Assembly: GCA_964016885.1 (NCBI GenBank)
Contig: OZ024741.1
Coordinates: 110,174,001 to 110,238,000, forward strand
Length of the DNA: 64,000 nucleotides
DNA from: Eledone cirrhosa
Lineage: Eukaryota
Reading direction: 5' to 3'
Below the pieces are notes generated by a model that ran no database searches, had not been told where the DNA came from, and saw nothing but the letters and a program-made list of their open reading frames with translations. Each line of letters opens with the position of its first letter. Position 1 is the first letter of the stretch. Below, in pieces: positions 40,459-56,040 of this stretch. Position numbers and translations under genes: made by a program.

Positions 40459-42888
40459 TATCATCGTTTAACGTCCATCTTCCACGCTACCATGGGTCTG
40501 GACGGGAATTGTCCCACTTGAGGCAAGATTGGTCATCTTGCTCGTATAGGACTGTCTGGCGGGTTTTCTACGGCTGGATGCCCTTCCTAACACTAACCAC
40601 GTTTACAGTGTGGACTGGGAGGTTTTTACCGTGTTACCTACACGGCCACATTACAGCGTGGACTGTGTGTTTTTTTGTCGTGACACTTACACGACCTCAT
40701 TTATTTACGACTGGATGTTGTGGTACCAACATAGCTTTACATCGAAAGGGGTGGTGTAGATGGCGGTGGGGGTAGGGGTAGTGGGACGGGGGTGTATTTT
40801 GGTTAAGAGGTGCCTACTGACTGTAGGTTTCGCTTTGTACTCAGGCAAGGCGAGTCTTCTGTATTACTACGTAGCACCAAAGATCTCGGTCCAGTGACAT
40901 TGTCTTGGAGAGGTGTAAGTGTGTGAGGTCGGATTTTATCAAGTCGTCCCAGGTTTTTCTGGGTCTGCCTACTTCGTAGCTACCGTCTATTTTGATCGCC
41001 CTGCACTTTTTTATACAGCTGTCATCTTTCATGCGCATCACGTGACCATACCAACGTAGTCTTCTCTCGAGTAAACAGCATCTGATCCCTCTTATTCCTA
41101 ATTTCTCACTTAGTTCATTTATGCTTTACCGTTCGCGTATATTACTATTACACATCCAACGGAGCATGCAAGCTTCGTTCCTCTCCAGTCTGCGTAGATC
41201 CTCTGCACACAAGGCCCATGTCTCACTGTCATGTAACATCGCTGTTCGTATGCAGGCATCATACAGCCTGCCTTTTATTTTTAGAGAGAAAACTTTAGCG
41301 GCAAATAGTGGTATAAGCTCTCTGAACTTTTTCCATCCCGTTCGGACTCTAGCTACAGTACTTTCGGAGCACCCTCCACCCCTGCTGATTTTGTCACCCA
41401 GGTAACGGAAGGTGTCCACTATTTCTATAGAACCATCTGGGCAATGGAATGAGCTAGTATTCTGTGGGCATTTGCTGCTACTTATTGCACCAGAGCACCG
41501 GCCACATATAAAATCTATATTCTTAGTTAGCTTACCTGTGATCCCACTACATCTTTTATGCACCCATACTTTGCATTTGGGACATAAAATGGAGTTTCTG
41601 CCTACTCCTTTCCTACACACTGAGCATGGCCATTTCCCAGATGGGACCAGTGCCCTATTCTCCTTCCTACATATTAGGACTTTAGTCTTAGACAAGTTAA
41701 CTTTAAGGCCTTTTGATTCTAGGCCATGCTTCCATGTTTGGAATTTCTTCTCTAGTTCAGCCATTGATTCGGCTATCAGCTTTAGATAATCTGCGTATAG
41801 AAGTTTCCATGGGCAGCCGATCTTGAACTCCCCCGTTATAGCTTGGAGGGCGATAATAAATAGGAGGGGCTAAGGACTGAGCCCTGATGAACACCAACTT
41901 TTACGCTAAACTCTTCACTATATTCGTTGTTAATTCTAACCTTGCTGACTGTTTCTTTATACATGACTTGTATAGCTCTCACAAGCCATTCATCTACACC
42001 TAGTTTTCTAAGAGTACACCAGATAATGGAGTGGAGGACTCTGTCAAAGGCTTTCTCCAGGTCTATAAAAGCTAAGTAGAGGGGTTTACTTTTAGCTAGG
42101 TACTTCTCCTGTAGTTGTCGTACAATGAAAAGAGCGTCTGTGGTACTTTTACCTGACACAAACCCAAACTGCATTTCATCTAGATCAATTCGCTCTCTGA
42201 TTAGTTGCGCTGTTACTTTTTCTGTGGCCTGGTCAATTAATTTAATGCCTCTATAGTTTCCCCTATCTAGGGCATCTCCTTTACCCTTGTAGCAGTTAAT
42301 GGTGATGCTGCTACGCTAGTCCTTTGGTACGACCCCATTCTGTATAACTTGGTTTACTATCCAGGTGACCATAGTGTGTCCCACCGTTCCAGATGCTTTC
42401 AGCATTTCAGCAACTATTTACGAAGGCCCAGCCACCTTACCCGTCTTCATATCTTTGATTGCCTTACTTATTATACTACCTTCAACTTGCACTGCTGGTC
42501 CCTCTATTGGATCGATGTGAGGGAGACTGTCTTTCTCCCATTTATTCTCCTCATTTAGTAGCCTTTCGTAGTGACACTTCCAAGCTACCTTATTATCAGC
42601 GTCAGTGATGGCAAGTACACCATCATCATTACGGACACACTTCTCCCCGACAATATAACGGTTTTCCTTGACACATTGTCTAGCAATCCCGAACACCTCA
42701 CGTTTTTGGTCCTCGCGTTGTAGAACATGCTTGAACTTTCTTTCCTCTGCTTCCCTTCTTGCGAAGTACACATGTCTCCTAGCTTCCCTCCTGGCCACTT
42801 GATAGTCTCCTCTACTTCCCCCATCCCGCCATACTTTCCAAACCTGCTTTTTGGCCTTGATCGACTCCTCCACCTTACTGTTCGACCA

Positions 42889-42890
<2 letters not shown>
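40428..42890 (-). mobile_element. 5'-truncated RTE-clade LINE, frameshifted, with (ATG)n tail, inserted in (TA)n
   Basis: QFGF...STTDALF, AFIDLEKAFDRV, GVHQGSVLSP, LYAD, FRYLGD, RLRWYGHV, GRPRKTWDD. Confidence 0.95.
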
Positions 42891-42922
<32 letters not shown>

Positions 42923-43424
42923 TTTAAAAAAGATTTCACTTAAAATGAAAGATTTATTTTCCTACGATCGTTCAGTTCATGAAGATAAAATTATAATTAC
43001 TTTTTAATTAAACTGTTAATTAATTATATTAATAATGTGAAAATCATAAAAATTACACATCGAGTCATCCTAAAAAAATCTCGTCAGGATAAACAATAGA
43101 TTACAAAAGTTAAAAAGTCAAAAAGTCCATTTATAATGATAAAATTGAGTTAATAATAAAAATATAAATAAATGAATATGAATAAAACAAACAGAGGATT
43201 CCTTCATATCATAACAAACTAGATTACACGTTAACAATAGAACGTTATTCTGTTACAACTTTATGGTGAATAATGCTAATCTATATACTACTAAACTCTG
43301 TGATTGTGTATTGTATATAATTTAATACAGCCAAAACGGTGTATAATGGGAAATACTTTGAAAGAAAGTTGCCTCTGAAATGGGAATACAAATGGAATAT
43401 AACAAGTTTCACGTTAATCCGAGC

Positions 43425-43467
43425 ACGGGTTCCCGACATACGGGGTTTTTCCGGGGTACCTTCATAA
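43425..43467 (-). mobile_element. Possible mariner-type terminus
   Basis: Minus strand tatgaaggtaccccggaaaa resembles TA-CGAGGG mariner ends; partner TIR not found. Confidence 0.3.
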
Positions 43468-43749
43468 ATAGAGAGAGAGAGAGAAAGATAGTGAGAAAGA
43501 GATAGTGGTTGTGAGAGAGTAGATTGAAAGAGAGACATGTCTGTATATATTTTGATTATCTAAAAATTATTTAAAAGTGAACATGATTTTTTTTTAAAAG
43601 TTTTTGTAAGCGAACGCAACCTAACAAATTTTATATAAACATAAGGGAGATAACTTATGATAATATCACCAGTTTACATATCAGTGTCATAACCTTAAAA
43701 AAAGCCTACTCAGAAGTATAAGCATAACACATTTACATCAGTAATATAA

Positions 43750-43842
43750 TTGTTTCTACTTCTGGCACAAGGCCAGCAATTATCGCAGTGTAATACTGGT
43801 ACTTTATTTTATCGACTCCGTAAGGATGAAAGGCAAAGTTAG
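43750..43842 (-). mobile_element. Nin-like SINE, 3' half
   Basis: Core match. Confidence 0.75.
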
Positions 43843-46800
43843 ACAATGTGTATTTGTCCGTCACACACTAGAGATGACTGAGGAAGGAAGGGGTGATGAC
43901 AAACAGAAAGGAGCGTTTAACATTCGCTACACCTGTGTCTCTATATGTATAGCGGATTGGCTACACACATTGGCTGTTATGATTATGTGAGTGTTTGTGT
44001 GTGTTTGTGTAAATTATATTTATATATAATATTTGTGTGAGTGCATATATGTTTGTGTATGTTTATTTAGAAAGATACATAGACAATAGAATTACAAACA
44101 CACACGCATCTACACATAGATATAAATAAACAGACACACTTAGAAAAAATAATTATTACATACGCACACATCTATGTGATAACTGAGGAAGGAGGAGGTG
44201 AGAAACTATAGAAGTCCAGCGTTCTAAGATTCGCCACAGCTGTGTTTGTGTGTTTGTATCACTTGTGTGAGTGAGCGCGAAGAAACCAACCAGCCAACAA
44301 ACAAACAAACATCTCTTTTTTATATTATGTATAGATATTACAATTAGCCGTCCTTTTTGACGGCACGTTAACGTCAAACGTTAAGCTAATTTGTATCTTC
44401 ATTGTACTGAACCTTTTGGTGTGTTTTTTCCGTTTACTTTTGGCTTACATAAAATATATGTGCGCGTGTGTGTGTGTGCATACAAATACACACACACACT
44501 CACACATACGCACACTCACACACGCACGCGCGCACACACACACACACACACATACACACACACACACATATATATATATATACATATATAGATTTATTTA
44601 TTTATTAAAATAACAGATTAAAGTTTAAGCAAAGAATCGCTGCTTTCACCCGTAACGGGATCTTCCTGTATTACTATATATATATATATTACTGGAATAC
44701 GTTGAATTCTTGCGAACTGCTGAACTTAATACTGGTTTCTAAATCAGGATAAAGGCCATCAATTTTGAGGGAATTGGAAAGTCAGTGAAATGATCGGCCC
44801 AGTAATTGACTGGTACTTTATTTTATAGACACCGGAAAGATTTTGACGAGTTGGACATGCTCTGCGCCCTAAGTTCAAATCCACCCGAGTTTGATTTGTC
44901 CTTTCATCTTTTCAAGGTTGATTAATAAAGTACCAGTCATGTACTGAAGTCGATTCTTCCTGTATATCTCATTCTCAGTTCATCTGCCAAACTCTGGGAG
45001 AAATCGGCTGTTTTCAAACATGGAGAGTGATGTGCTCTGCAACGTTCAAATGCTCAACTATGGCGCTCTTACAACTAAGTTAAGCCAGAACAGAACATGG
45101 TGAGAAGTATCAAAGGAAGGGTGAGTCTAAGTTAATGGAAATAGCGAATGTGATGGTTATCGATAGTGCCGAAGAAGTCCAGGAAAATAAGGCATCGGGG
45201 ATGGTAAAGTGAATAGAGAGCAAGGTCAAGGTGGAAGTTAATGATGTAGGAAGTATATGCAGCTATGTATCAGAGTTGACAGATAATTGGAGACGTTTCT
45301 CACCAAAATTGGCCAAATGCCACAATTGTTTATGTATTATTGCTATACTCTAATACAGACCAAATATAAGAATTTATCGAAACTACTACTCCAGTGATGT
45401 CAACTAACTCAATCAATTCTTCTATATTCTAAAATCCTAAAGAAATGGAAGGGAATGTAATGGACTTCCGTCGATTCCATGGATGAATGTTCCAGTTGTT
45501 CGATAACTGAGACAGCCTGCTCATGAACATAATGCCTCGGGTTCTATGATGAAAAATCTTTTGTTTTAAAGTGTTTATATCTAAACTTAAACCATCTATT
45601 ATAATCTTTCATAAGAACCTTATCTCATGTTCTAAACACAATAATGAGAATGTTAACTAAGCCTCTCCAAAATTCTGATTATTTCATGAATTAATTGAAA
45701 ATTGTAGGCAACGTCTTTCATTAGAAATATTGTAACGAAAAGTTTAAAGAGGGAGATTGCCTCGATACAACCATAATACAAGCATCATACATATACTAAT
45801 AAATATATAAACACATATAAATACAAGGGTTGCTATTTCAGTTATTTTATAGCTAAATTTGACAAAGCTAGTCGTTTTAAAAATCATTTAGCCATGAAAG
45901 TTTTCATTTGAGCCATATTAAACATTTTATCATTTTTTTTTGTAATTTTCCTTGAAATTTTATTTTTTAAATATATATATTATATTTTAAATATGAACAT
46001 GGTTTTGCTATTCAGCACCAACTGATCCAGCTGACTTAGTTTGCAAGTAGCAACGGACTTTTACGTAACTCAAACTCTATTCATAATATGTTTAAGTGGA
46101 AAAGAATCTTCCATTCTGACCGTAGGTACAAACAGGAATGAAAGGAAATATATGTGTGGTTATGTCGCTATAAACATTTCAAACAATTAGCAACATGTGA
46201 ATTAAATACTTCTAAAATCTGAAAAGGAATTAGTGTAGTCACGTAGATGTTTCGAGCAATCTGTGATCAACTAATTGGAAAAGTCACTTGTACTGATGTA
46301 TTTAAATGTAAGTATTAACGATGTATTTAAATGTAGGTATTAATGTATGTGTATACATATATGGGTGTATTTATTGGGCTTAAGAGTTTGATAACACCTG
46401 AAAATAATGCCATTGTTGAAAGAATATTCTAACCTGTAACCAAGTTAAGAAACAGAATGTGACTTCATCTTTTAAATCAGGGTCTTAAACACGCGGTCCA
46501 CAAATTACTTTTCTATGGCTTTGGCAGAAACATTTTCACGACTAATATTTTCTTAAAATTTGGTAATTGCCCCTTTCCCTTCCACACATTTGCAGCAGTA
46601 GTATTAAGCTTTGAATTTTGCTTTTATATTCCGTTTTAATAATATTTATAATATAATTATTGTTATACTTGGGGAGGGTCATATTTTTGTAATATTGCCA
46701 GAATTAATAACAGAACACACTCACTGTTTGGTTGGTTTTCGCTTCTCTCTGTCTTTTACATCTGCGATCTAACTTAATCGGTCCTCAATGTTGCCATTGA

Positions 46801-47719
46801 CTGACCGACGGTCAAAAATAATACAGATACAATATAGACACAAACACATATATATAGTTTACATAATTTACATAAATCTTTCGTTGCACATCTGCAACAT
46901 CGTCAGTGGTGTTATATTTGTTCCTCCTGTTGTGTTGTATGTCTACGCCATTTTTTATTCAGTCTGTCTATATATTTATTTATTTATTTGCTTGTTTGTT
47001 TATTTTATTTATTTTTTTTTTTTTGTCTTCTTTGCGCATGCGTTTGCGTGTGTGTATAGCGTTATGTTTGCTGTGTGACTAGTGTGTATAGTGTTGTGTC
47101 TGCTGGGTGACTAGTGTGTGTTTATGTGCTTGTTGTTATTGTGCTTGTGTATGTATTTATTTATCTTATTTTATTTTATTTTATTTTATTTACTTATTTA
47201 TACTTCTCTTAGGTCAGTGTTGTTTGTTTGGGTGTTGTTGTTGTTCCACTCATTCTTTCTGTTTAGCAATTTACCCATTAAATACAATAAAATGAAAATA
47301 AATGGAATTTATCAAAAGTGAAGACGAAAAAAAAAGGAACTTTACCAAAAAGTTAAAGCGGAATTAAGGATAATTTGAAACGGAAAATGTATCTCTCTAC
47401 ATTTTGTACTAATTCACATATCCCATTTACTATCATATGCGTATTCATTTTGAGGGGGGAAATATATAATAGTGTATCAGCTGTATTGTAGATTAACATT
47501 ATAACTATTATAACTAGTGGAAATCTCACCCCCTTCCCGCTGCGCCTCTCGCCCAAGAAATAATGGCCGTTTTGAGTCCTTGAGTTTGAGACTCCTATTT
47601 TCGATATTCGCATTAGAATCTAAGCACCGGCACCTCTAATTGAAAAATTTCAAGCCAGGCATAAACAAGTGCAGTAACATCAGGGCATCAACATCACAAC
47701 CTCTAACACACGAAACATA

Positions 47720-47893
47720 ATTGTTTCTACTTTTGGCAGTTATCCCAGTGTATTACTGGTACTTCATTTTATCGACCCCGTAAGGATGAAAGGCAACGTT
47801 AACCTTGGCGGGATTTGAACTCAGACCATAAAGGGCCGTAACTCTTTGCTGCAAAGCATGGCGTCCGATCCTCTACCGATACTGCCAATCCAC
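47720..47893 (-). mobile_element. Nin-like SINE
   Basis: Core and head match. Confidence 0.8.
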
Positions 47894-47914
47894 CATAATG
47901 ATGATACTTTAGAA

Positions 47915-48275
47915 CTGAGGATGCAGTATGGCCGAATTTTGAAGAAATTCGCTTCGCAATCATTAGATAACATGTTCTATCCAACTACATATCATCTTGG
48001 GCAAGTATCATTTACCATAGCTTCTGGTCGCTCCATGCTTTGTGATGGAAATTGGGTAGATGGAAATTGTTTGAAAGCCCGACAGATTGACTGCACCTGT
48101 TATTCAAAGGGTCAGCTTTATCACACACAATGTCATGCTGAACCCCCATGAGAATTACGTTATGAGTACACGTGTCTGTAGAATACGTAGCTACTTATTC
48201 GCCAATTTCATGAACAGGCCCATCTGTTGATCGAACAACTGGAATACTCATCGTAAAAATCGATGGAGATCCATT
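47915..48275 (+). mobile_element. Old tRNA SINE related to 51660-51935
   Basis: Shared cttgggcaag, ctgaa..ccc.tgagaa.ta.gtta, gttgatcgaa.caactggaa. Confidence 0.6.
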
Positions 48276-48289
48276 CAGTTTTGTTAAGC

Positions 48290-48556
48290 AAAGTGTTTCC
48301 TAATGTAAGTTCCACGAAAGAATTCTGGGTTTCTGCGGATTAAGGTTTCTTTTAATATAAAATGTAAAATGTATATTATTGTTGTGCTTGCGTTTTTTTC
48401 CTCTTTTATGAATAAATCATTTCTTTCAAACAATTTTGTTTTTATTTCGTGACATTTTAAAATTAGAATGGCAAAAATTATCCGTAAATTATTGGCATGG
48501 ATTTGTGAAAAATTGTTTAAGGGTTCCGTGTCGAAATAAGTTTAGGAAGCACTAGT
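48290..48556. mobile_element. Decayed hAT-like MITE
   Basis: agtgtttcctaa ... ttaggaagcact. Confidence 0.4.
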
Positions 48557-48766
48557 TTAGCCAGAAACAATGTAACAAGTTAAGGGGCCAATAGGCAGAG
48601 TCGTTAGAAGGTCTGATAGAATGATCTGAGATATTCCTTCCGATTCTCTGTGCTCTGAGTTCAAATCTCACCGAAGTCAACATTACTTTTCAAGCTTTCG
48701 AGGTCGATAAAAAAAAATACTAGTTTGAGACTGGGGTCGATTTTTCTTTTATATCCCTTTTTCACT

Positions 48767-48897
<131 letters not shown>

Positions 48898-48954
48898 ATC
48901 TCGGGTTCAATCGGTAAGTAAGGTACTCAATACATAGAAGAGTATAAATATTTA

Positions 48955-49068
48955 ATATAGAAAAGGCTTTACAGGACTAGAACTGTTTCATTCGGAGGAA
49001 AGTTTCAGGAATGCTTTCCTGATAATTTCCTCCGAATGAAACACTTCTAGTCCTGTAGAAGCCATTTC

Positions 49069-49074
<6 letters not shown>
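48955..49074. mobile_element. Fold-back of the 11826 family, HHR core decayed
   Basis: tacaggactagaactgtttcattcggaggaaa / tttcctccgaatgaaacacttctagtcctgta. Confidence 0.75.
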
Positions 49075-49130
<56 letters not shown>

Positions 49131-50037
49131 TTTCTGAATTTGTTTAGCAGGATTCTTTATCTGAAAACGTGTGTTGAAACCGATATTGTTATACTTTGGG
49201 AGGGTCATATTGCCAATAAGAAACACACGCACCAGATGATTTCACTTCAATTTATTATAATAAATTTATAAATTTCCGGTTGGTTGGTTGGTTCCACAAC
49301 CAGATGGTTGTTTATATATTGTCAAAGTTCTTTCGTCACACATTCTGTGACCTCTTCAGTGACTAGGGATTCTTTTCTTTGTTTTTTGTGCCTCTCCTTT
49401 GTTCTGTCCTACGCCATCTTGTTTGCACATGTGTTACATCCGTGTTACATATATATATATATATATATTTATTTATTTCTCCTTCCCTGGTAGAAATCAA
49501 ATGTTTTCAAACCTGGAGAGGGTATGGTCGTCGCCAGGTTTAAATTGTTCAAGACACACCGTCTGTTACTACGACTCCACAAGTCATAGGTTGATACATA
49601 GATACTTTTTCCACCAGACACCCCCACAAATATATCAGTCACTGATTACTTATTCTTTATAGATTTAAACAAAAGCTAAATTTAAAACTGCTTAACAATC
49701 TTTAATCGAGAAAGTATTATCAGTTCCAGTTACCATGGCGACCAAAGACTAGCCTGGCAGCCATCTTTGAAAATTTCGGTACATTTATAAATATGTGTTT
49801 GAATCAAAGAGAATCGATAAGTTTTTAGGCGCCGAGCTTTGCAGTTCTCTACGTTGGAGGGAAATAGAGTTGTTGTTTTTTTCTTTCGGTCAAGCTATTT
49901 CAAACCTACATATGTCTGTGTGTCAGAGATTATGTACGTTGTTTATGTAAAAATGTACACACGTATAGTCACTCGTTCACATACACACTGATATTCACAC
50001 ACACACACAGATATATATGCACATGAAGATATATAGG

Positions 50038-50096
<59 letters not shown>

Positions 50097-50317
50097 ATAT
50101 ATATATGTATGTATATATATATATGTATGTATATATATATATATGTATGTATATATATATATGTATGTATATATATATATGTATGTATATATATATATGT
50201 ATGTATATATATGTATATATATATGTATGTATATATATATATATGTATGTATATATATATATATATATATGTATGTATATATATATATATATGTATGTAT
50301 GTATATATATGTATGTG

Positions 50318-50403
<86 letters not shown>

Positions 50404-50427
50404 CATACGAAATGCGATTCTCGCTGA

Positions 50428-50464
<37 letters not shown>

Positions 50465-50616
50465 TAAAAAGATTTATATACACATGTATATACGCACACA
50501 CAAATATATGCATATATATATATGTGTGTGTGTGTGTATGTATGTATATATATATATATATATATATAAATATATATATATAGAGAGAGAGAGAGTGAGA
50601 TAGATAGATAGAGAGA

Positions 50617-50680
<64 letters not shown>

Positions 50681-51297
50681 GGAGAGAGAGAAACATACAT
50701 GTGTGTGTGTATATATTTGTTATTAAGAATATTTCATCCTATAAATATGCATATATTGATAAATAATAAGCACAGGAGATTATGTTTAAATGTCTGAATG
50801 TGTATATATGTATATCTGCGTATATACACCTAGTAAGCTACTATATGTATAGTTATGTATGCGCGCACACACACACAGACACACATTTGCATACATACAT
50901 ATATACATGCATATGCACGTATGTACGTACATACATACACCGATACATTCAAACAAACACAAATACATCCAACCATCTAGCCATACATACATACATATAT
51001 ACATCCAACCATCTAGCCATACATACATACATACATACATACATACATACATACATACATACATACAGACAGACATATAAACATATATACATACCAATTC
51101 ATATACAGATACATAGAATCATACATATACTCAAGTGTACAACAGCACACACTTAGTTATATGCACAAATACATATATTTACACACACATACACACATAC
51201 ATACACACATACATACATACATACATACATACATACATACATACATACATACATACACACACACATACATACATACACACATTCATACATACATACA

Positions 51298-51366
<69 letters not shown>

Positions 51367-51659
51367 ACATATGATATATACATTTCCACACAGGAAGTCA
51401 TTTAAAGCACAAACATTTGCATAGTAATTTACATATAAATTAATCATTGATCCTTAACAATAAATAATTAATGTTTAATTATGCATAATTAGCTTAATTT
51501 CTATTTATATAGTTTGAAATATATTGGCAAAATATTTCTAGCATTTAATAAAGAATGCACTCCACTCACCTTAAAGCTACGCTGAGCTTCACTTAATGTT
51601 TGGCGAAGATTGTAGTTTTAAGAATGTGTATAAACATATGTGTATATATGTGTGTATTT

Positions 51660-51935
51660 AAAGGTCCGTGTCTTAGTGATTATGGTATTGAGCTCACGGT
51701 CTTAAAGTTATGAGTTCGATTCTCAGTGGTACGTTGTGCCCTTGAGCAAAAAACTTTATTTTAAGTTCTCCAGTTCACTGAGCTGGCAAAAATGATTTGT
51801 ACTCGTAATTCGGAGGGCCAGCTTTGTCACATTCTTTGTCACACTGAATCTCCCTGAGAACTATGTTAAGGGTGCACGTATGTGTTCCGTTGATCGAATC
51901 AACTGGAACAATTGTTGTCGTAACCGACGAAGTGC
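51660..51935 (+). mobile_element. tRNA-derived SINE (OR-like)
   Basis: B box gagttcgatt followed by gtgcccttgagcaa. Confidence 0.65.
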
Positions 51936-52077
51936 AATTATTGTGCAATTATTTATGTAAGTAAGGAAGAGAGATGGAGAGTAGGAATGAAGAAGAGAGA
52001 GAAAGAGGAGAAAGAGAATATATATTTTATGTAGATTTATCGTCATCGTCGTTGACAATGTTGTTGTTATTATTGTT

Positions 52078-52280
52078 GTTGGCAGTATCGGCAGAGCATC
52101 GGACAAAATATTTTGCAGCATTTAATTAAGTCCCTTGACGTTCTGAGTTGAAATCCCACCGAGGTCAGCTTTGCTTTTCATCCTTCCGGGCCCTACAAAA
52201 AAGTACCAGTCAAGCATTGGAGTGATTTATCGACTATGCCCTCCCCATAAATAGCTGTCCTTGGCCTAATTTAGAAATTA
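52078..52280 (+). mobile_element. Older Nin-like SINE (similar old copies at 44735-44955, 48585-48742, 60260-60430)
   Basis: ttggcagtatcgg, gagttgaaatccc, gcttttcatccttcc. Confidence 0.7.
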
Positions 52281-53959
52281 TTGATGTTACTGTTTATCCC
52301 CATGTTAGCCCAGATCCAGTAAACATGTAACCCAAGATGTTCTGGTCGTATGATCAACCCATATTTTTTAAAACTATCTATTTATTTATTTATAAAGATT
52401 TAGCTGTGTTTCACCTCATGTACCCTCCCCTTTTTGAAAGCAACAGAGTGTAATATGACTACTATTTTTAGAATATCGAAATAGCATGTGGAGGCTCTTT
52501 TGTTGTTGTTGTTATTGTTGTCATTTATCCCCGACACCCATCCCCGTTACCACCGTTACTCACTCCACCACCACGTTAAATTAGTCCTCACTCAGTAGGC
52601 TTAAGATAACCAAACAATGTTCCAGTCAGGCCCATTCCATACTCTCTTGGACATTGCGTATCTATGACTGTATTATTTAATACAAATAAACAATCTTTTT
52701 AACAAGCATAATAGCCCACTGCAAACTCCTACAACACATGTTAGTCAAATATGTTGGAAAACAAAAGTAGCCAGAATCACCAGTAGGAATCTAAATCATA
52801 TCTGCTGTATGCCGGAGGGCTGTATCACCATTAGGTAAGCATGTATACCGTCGTGCGCTGAAAGCAGCTCGTTGAGCCGGTGCTTATCCCGGTTTCAAAT
52901 TAGGCTAGCATACTTTCGGAATTTTGTAATACGCGTGTCCCGCCCTTTTTATGACTTTAACAGGAGTGTAAAAGAGGAACAAAATGGAAGGGTGAACGAT
53001 TGAGGAAGATTTCAACGTAGTATAAAACAGCTTCCATTTCACGCTTACTTCGCAGAGTAAACAATACAAATTACTTTCAAACATACATATCTTTTGATAT
53101 ATATGTTTGTTTGTTTGTATGTATGTATGTGTGTGTGTGTGTGTGCGTGCGTGTGTGTGTGTGCGTGTGTGTGAGTGTGTGTGTGTGTGTGTGCGTGCGC
53201 GCGCGCGTGTGTGTGTGTGTGTCCGTGTTTGTTAATGTTTGTAAGCATGTATGTGTGTACATATGTATAAACATTTCTCTCCTCTCTCCCTTTCACTCTC
53301 TGTTTATATATATGTGTGTATACATTTATCTATATATATGTATATACATGCACATGTATGTAGGCATGTATTATGTATGTATGTAGGAATGGATGGATGG
53401 ATGGTTGGATGGATGTAATCTCTTTGTTCAACATGGCTTTGATGGTAACAGTTGTTTTCATGCAGTAACCTTCTGTCAAGTGGCTTCTGTCTCTGGATCA
53501 GCGATTAATTAGTAACTCAAATGTATGTATGAAGCTTTTAAACCTGCCGCTACAAAGTCAAAAGAATAATAACACGGTTTCATAATATAAATCGTTTGTG
53601 GTTTCTGTTGATATTTCGCTATGTAAACTGCCATATTCAAAGCAAAGAAAAGAAAACACTATAATAACCACACATATGAACTTATCAAGGCGTATCAGTG
53701 ATTATTTTAACGTGAAATTGACCCCTGTTTATGTACTTCTAAATCTAATTTTGTGTAGTACTAATTCTAATATTGTGCAGTACATTTACATTTTGTGTTG
53801 AATGCAACATATGCTTACATGGTCAATAGTGGTTAAAAGACTTAAAACACTCATAAAATGTTAGAAATTACTATTTCATATGATACTTAGAATTCAGATA
53901 CTGGGCCATGGAACCTGCCTCACGGTTGTGTACAGTTCTACGAGAACTACAACTGCAAA

Positions 53960-54132
53960 TAATTGTTTCTACTTTTGGCACAAGGCCAGTGCATTACTGG
54001 TACTTTATTTTATCGACCCCGCATGGATGAAAGGCAAAGTTAACCTCAGCGGGATATGAACGCAAACCGGAAAGGGCCGTAACTCTATGTTGCAAAACAT
54101 GGCATCCGACTCTCTACCGATTCTGCCAATCC
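53960..54132 (-). mobile_element. Nin-like SINE
   Basis: Core and head match. Confidence 0.8.
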
Positions 54133-54134
54133 AA

Positions 54135-56040
54135 ACTACAAATAATGCAACAATAACCACAACAACAGCTGCAACCATCACAACGATATTCACAAGAACT
54201 ATAACTGCAACTGCAATCACAATAACAACAAATACAACTACCACAACAAATACTGCAACAAATACAACCACCACAACAAATACAACCACCACAACAAATA
54301 CAACTACCACAACAAATACAACTACCACAACAAATACTGCAACAAATACAACCACCACAACAAATATAACTACCACAACAAATACAACTACCACAACAAA
54401 TACAAGCACCACAACAAATACTACAACAAATACAACCACCACAACAAATACTGCAACAAATACAACCACCACAACAAATACTGCAACAAATACAACTACC
54501 ACAACAAATACAACTACCACAACAAATACTGCAACAAATACAATCACCACAACAAATACAACTACCACAACAAATACAACTACCACAACAAATACTGCAA
54601 CAAATACAACCATCACAACAAATACAACTACCACAACAAATACAACTACCACAACAAATACTGCAACAAATACAACCACCACAACAAATACAACTACCAC
54701 AACAAATACAACTACCACAACAAATACTGCAACAAATACAACCACCACAACAAATACAACTACCATAACAAATACAACTACCACAACAAATACTGCAACA
54801 AATACAACCACCACAACAAATACAACCACCACAACAAATACAACTACCACAACAAATACAACCACCACAACAAATACAACTACCATAACAAATACAACTA
54901 CCACAACAAATACAAGCACCACAACAAATACTACAACAAATACAACCACCACAACAAATACAACCACCACAACAAATACAACCACCACAACAAATACAAC
55001 TACCACAACAAATACAAGCACCACAACAAATACTACAACAAATACAACTACCACAGCAAATACAACTACCACAACAATTACAAGCACCACGACAAATACA
55101 AGCACCACGACAAATACAACCACCACAACAAATACAACCACCACAACAAATACAAGCACCACGACAAATACTACAACAAATACAACTACCACAACAAATA
55201 CAACTACCACAACAATTACAAGCACCACAACAAATACAACCACCACAACAAATACAACTACCACAACAAATATAAGCACCACAACAAATACTACAATAAA
55301 TACAACCACCACAACAAATACAACTACCACAACAAATACAACCACCACAACAAATACAACTACCACAACAAATATAAGCACCACAACAAATACAACTACC
55401 ACAACAAATACAACCACCACAACAAATACAACTACCACAACAAATATAAGCACCACAACAAATATAAGCACCACAACAAATACTACAACAAATACAACTA
55501 CCACAACAAATACAACTACCACAACAAATACAACTACCACAACAAATACAACCACCACAACAAATACAACTACCACAACAAATATAAGCACCACAACAAA
55601 TACTACACTAAATACAACCACCACAACAAATACAACTACCACAACAAATACAACCACCACAACAAATACAACTACCACAACAAATATAAGCACCACAACA
55701 AATACAACTACCACAACAAATACAACCACCACAACAAATACAACTACCACAACAAATATAAGCACCACAACAAATACTACAACAAATACAACTACCACAA
55801 CAAATACAACTACCACAACAAATACAACTACCACAACAAATACAAGCACCACAACAAATACTACAACAAATACAACCACCACAATAAATACAACTACCAT
55901 AACAAATACAACTACCACAACAAATACAAGCACCACAACAAATACTACAACAAATACAACCACCACAACAAATACAACTACCACAACAAATACAACTACC
56001 ACAAATGCAACTACAACCACTACAACAACCACAACACTAA
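54135..56040. repeat. 15/9-bp minisatellite (ACAAATACAACYACC)
   Basis: Direct reading; explains the poly-TN and poly-V ORFs. Confidence 0.95.

Noticed and set aside
44960-45310. Possible ancient LINE endonuclease remnant on the minus strand
   Set aside because: Too degenerate to support by eye
52740-53070. GTAAG donor-like sites in unique, CpG-containing sequence
   Set aside because: No convincing exon frame or homology; would need transcript data
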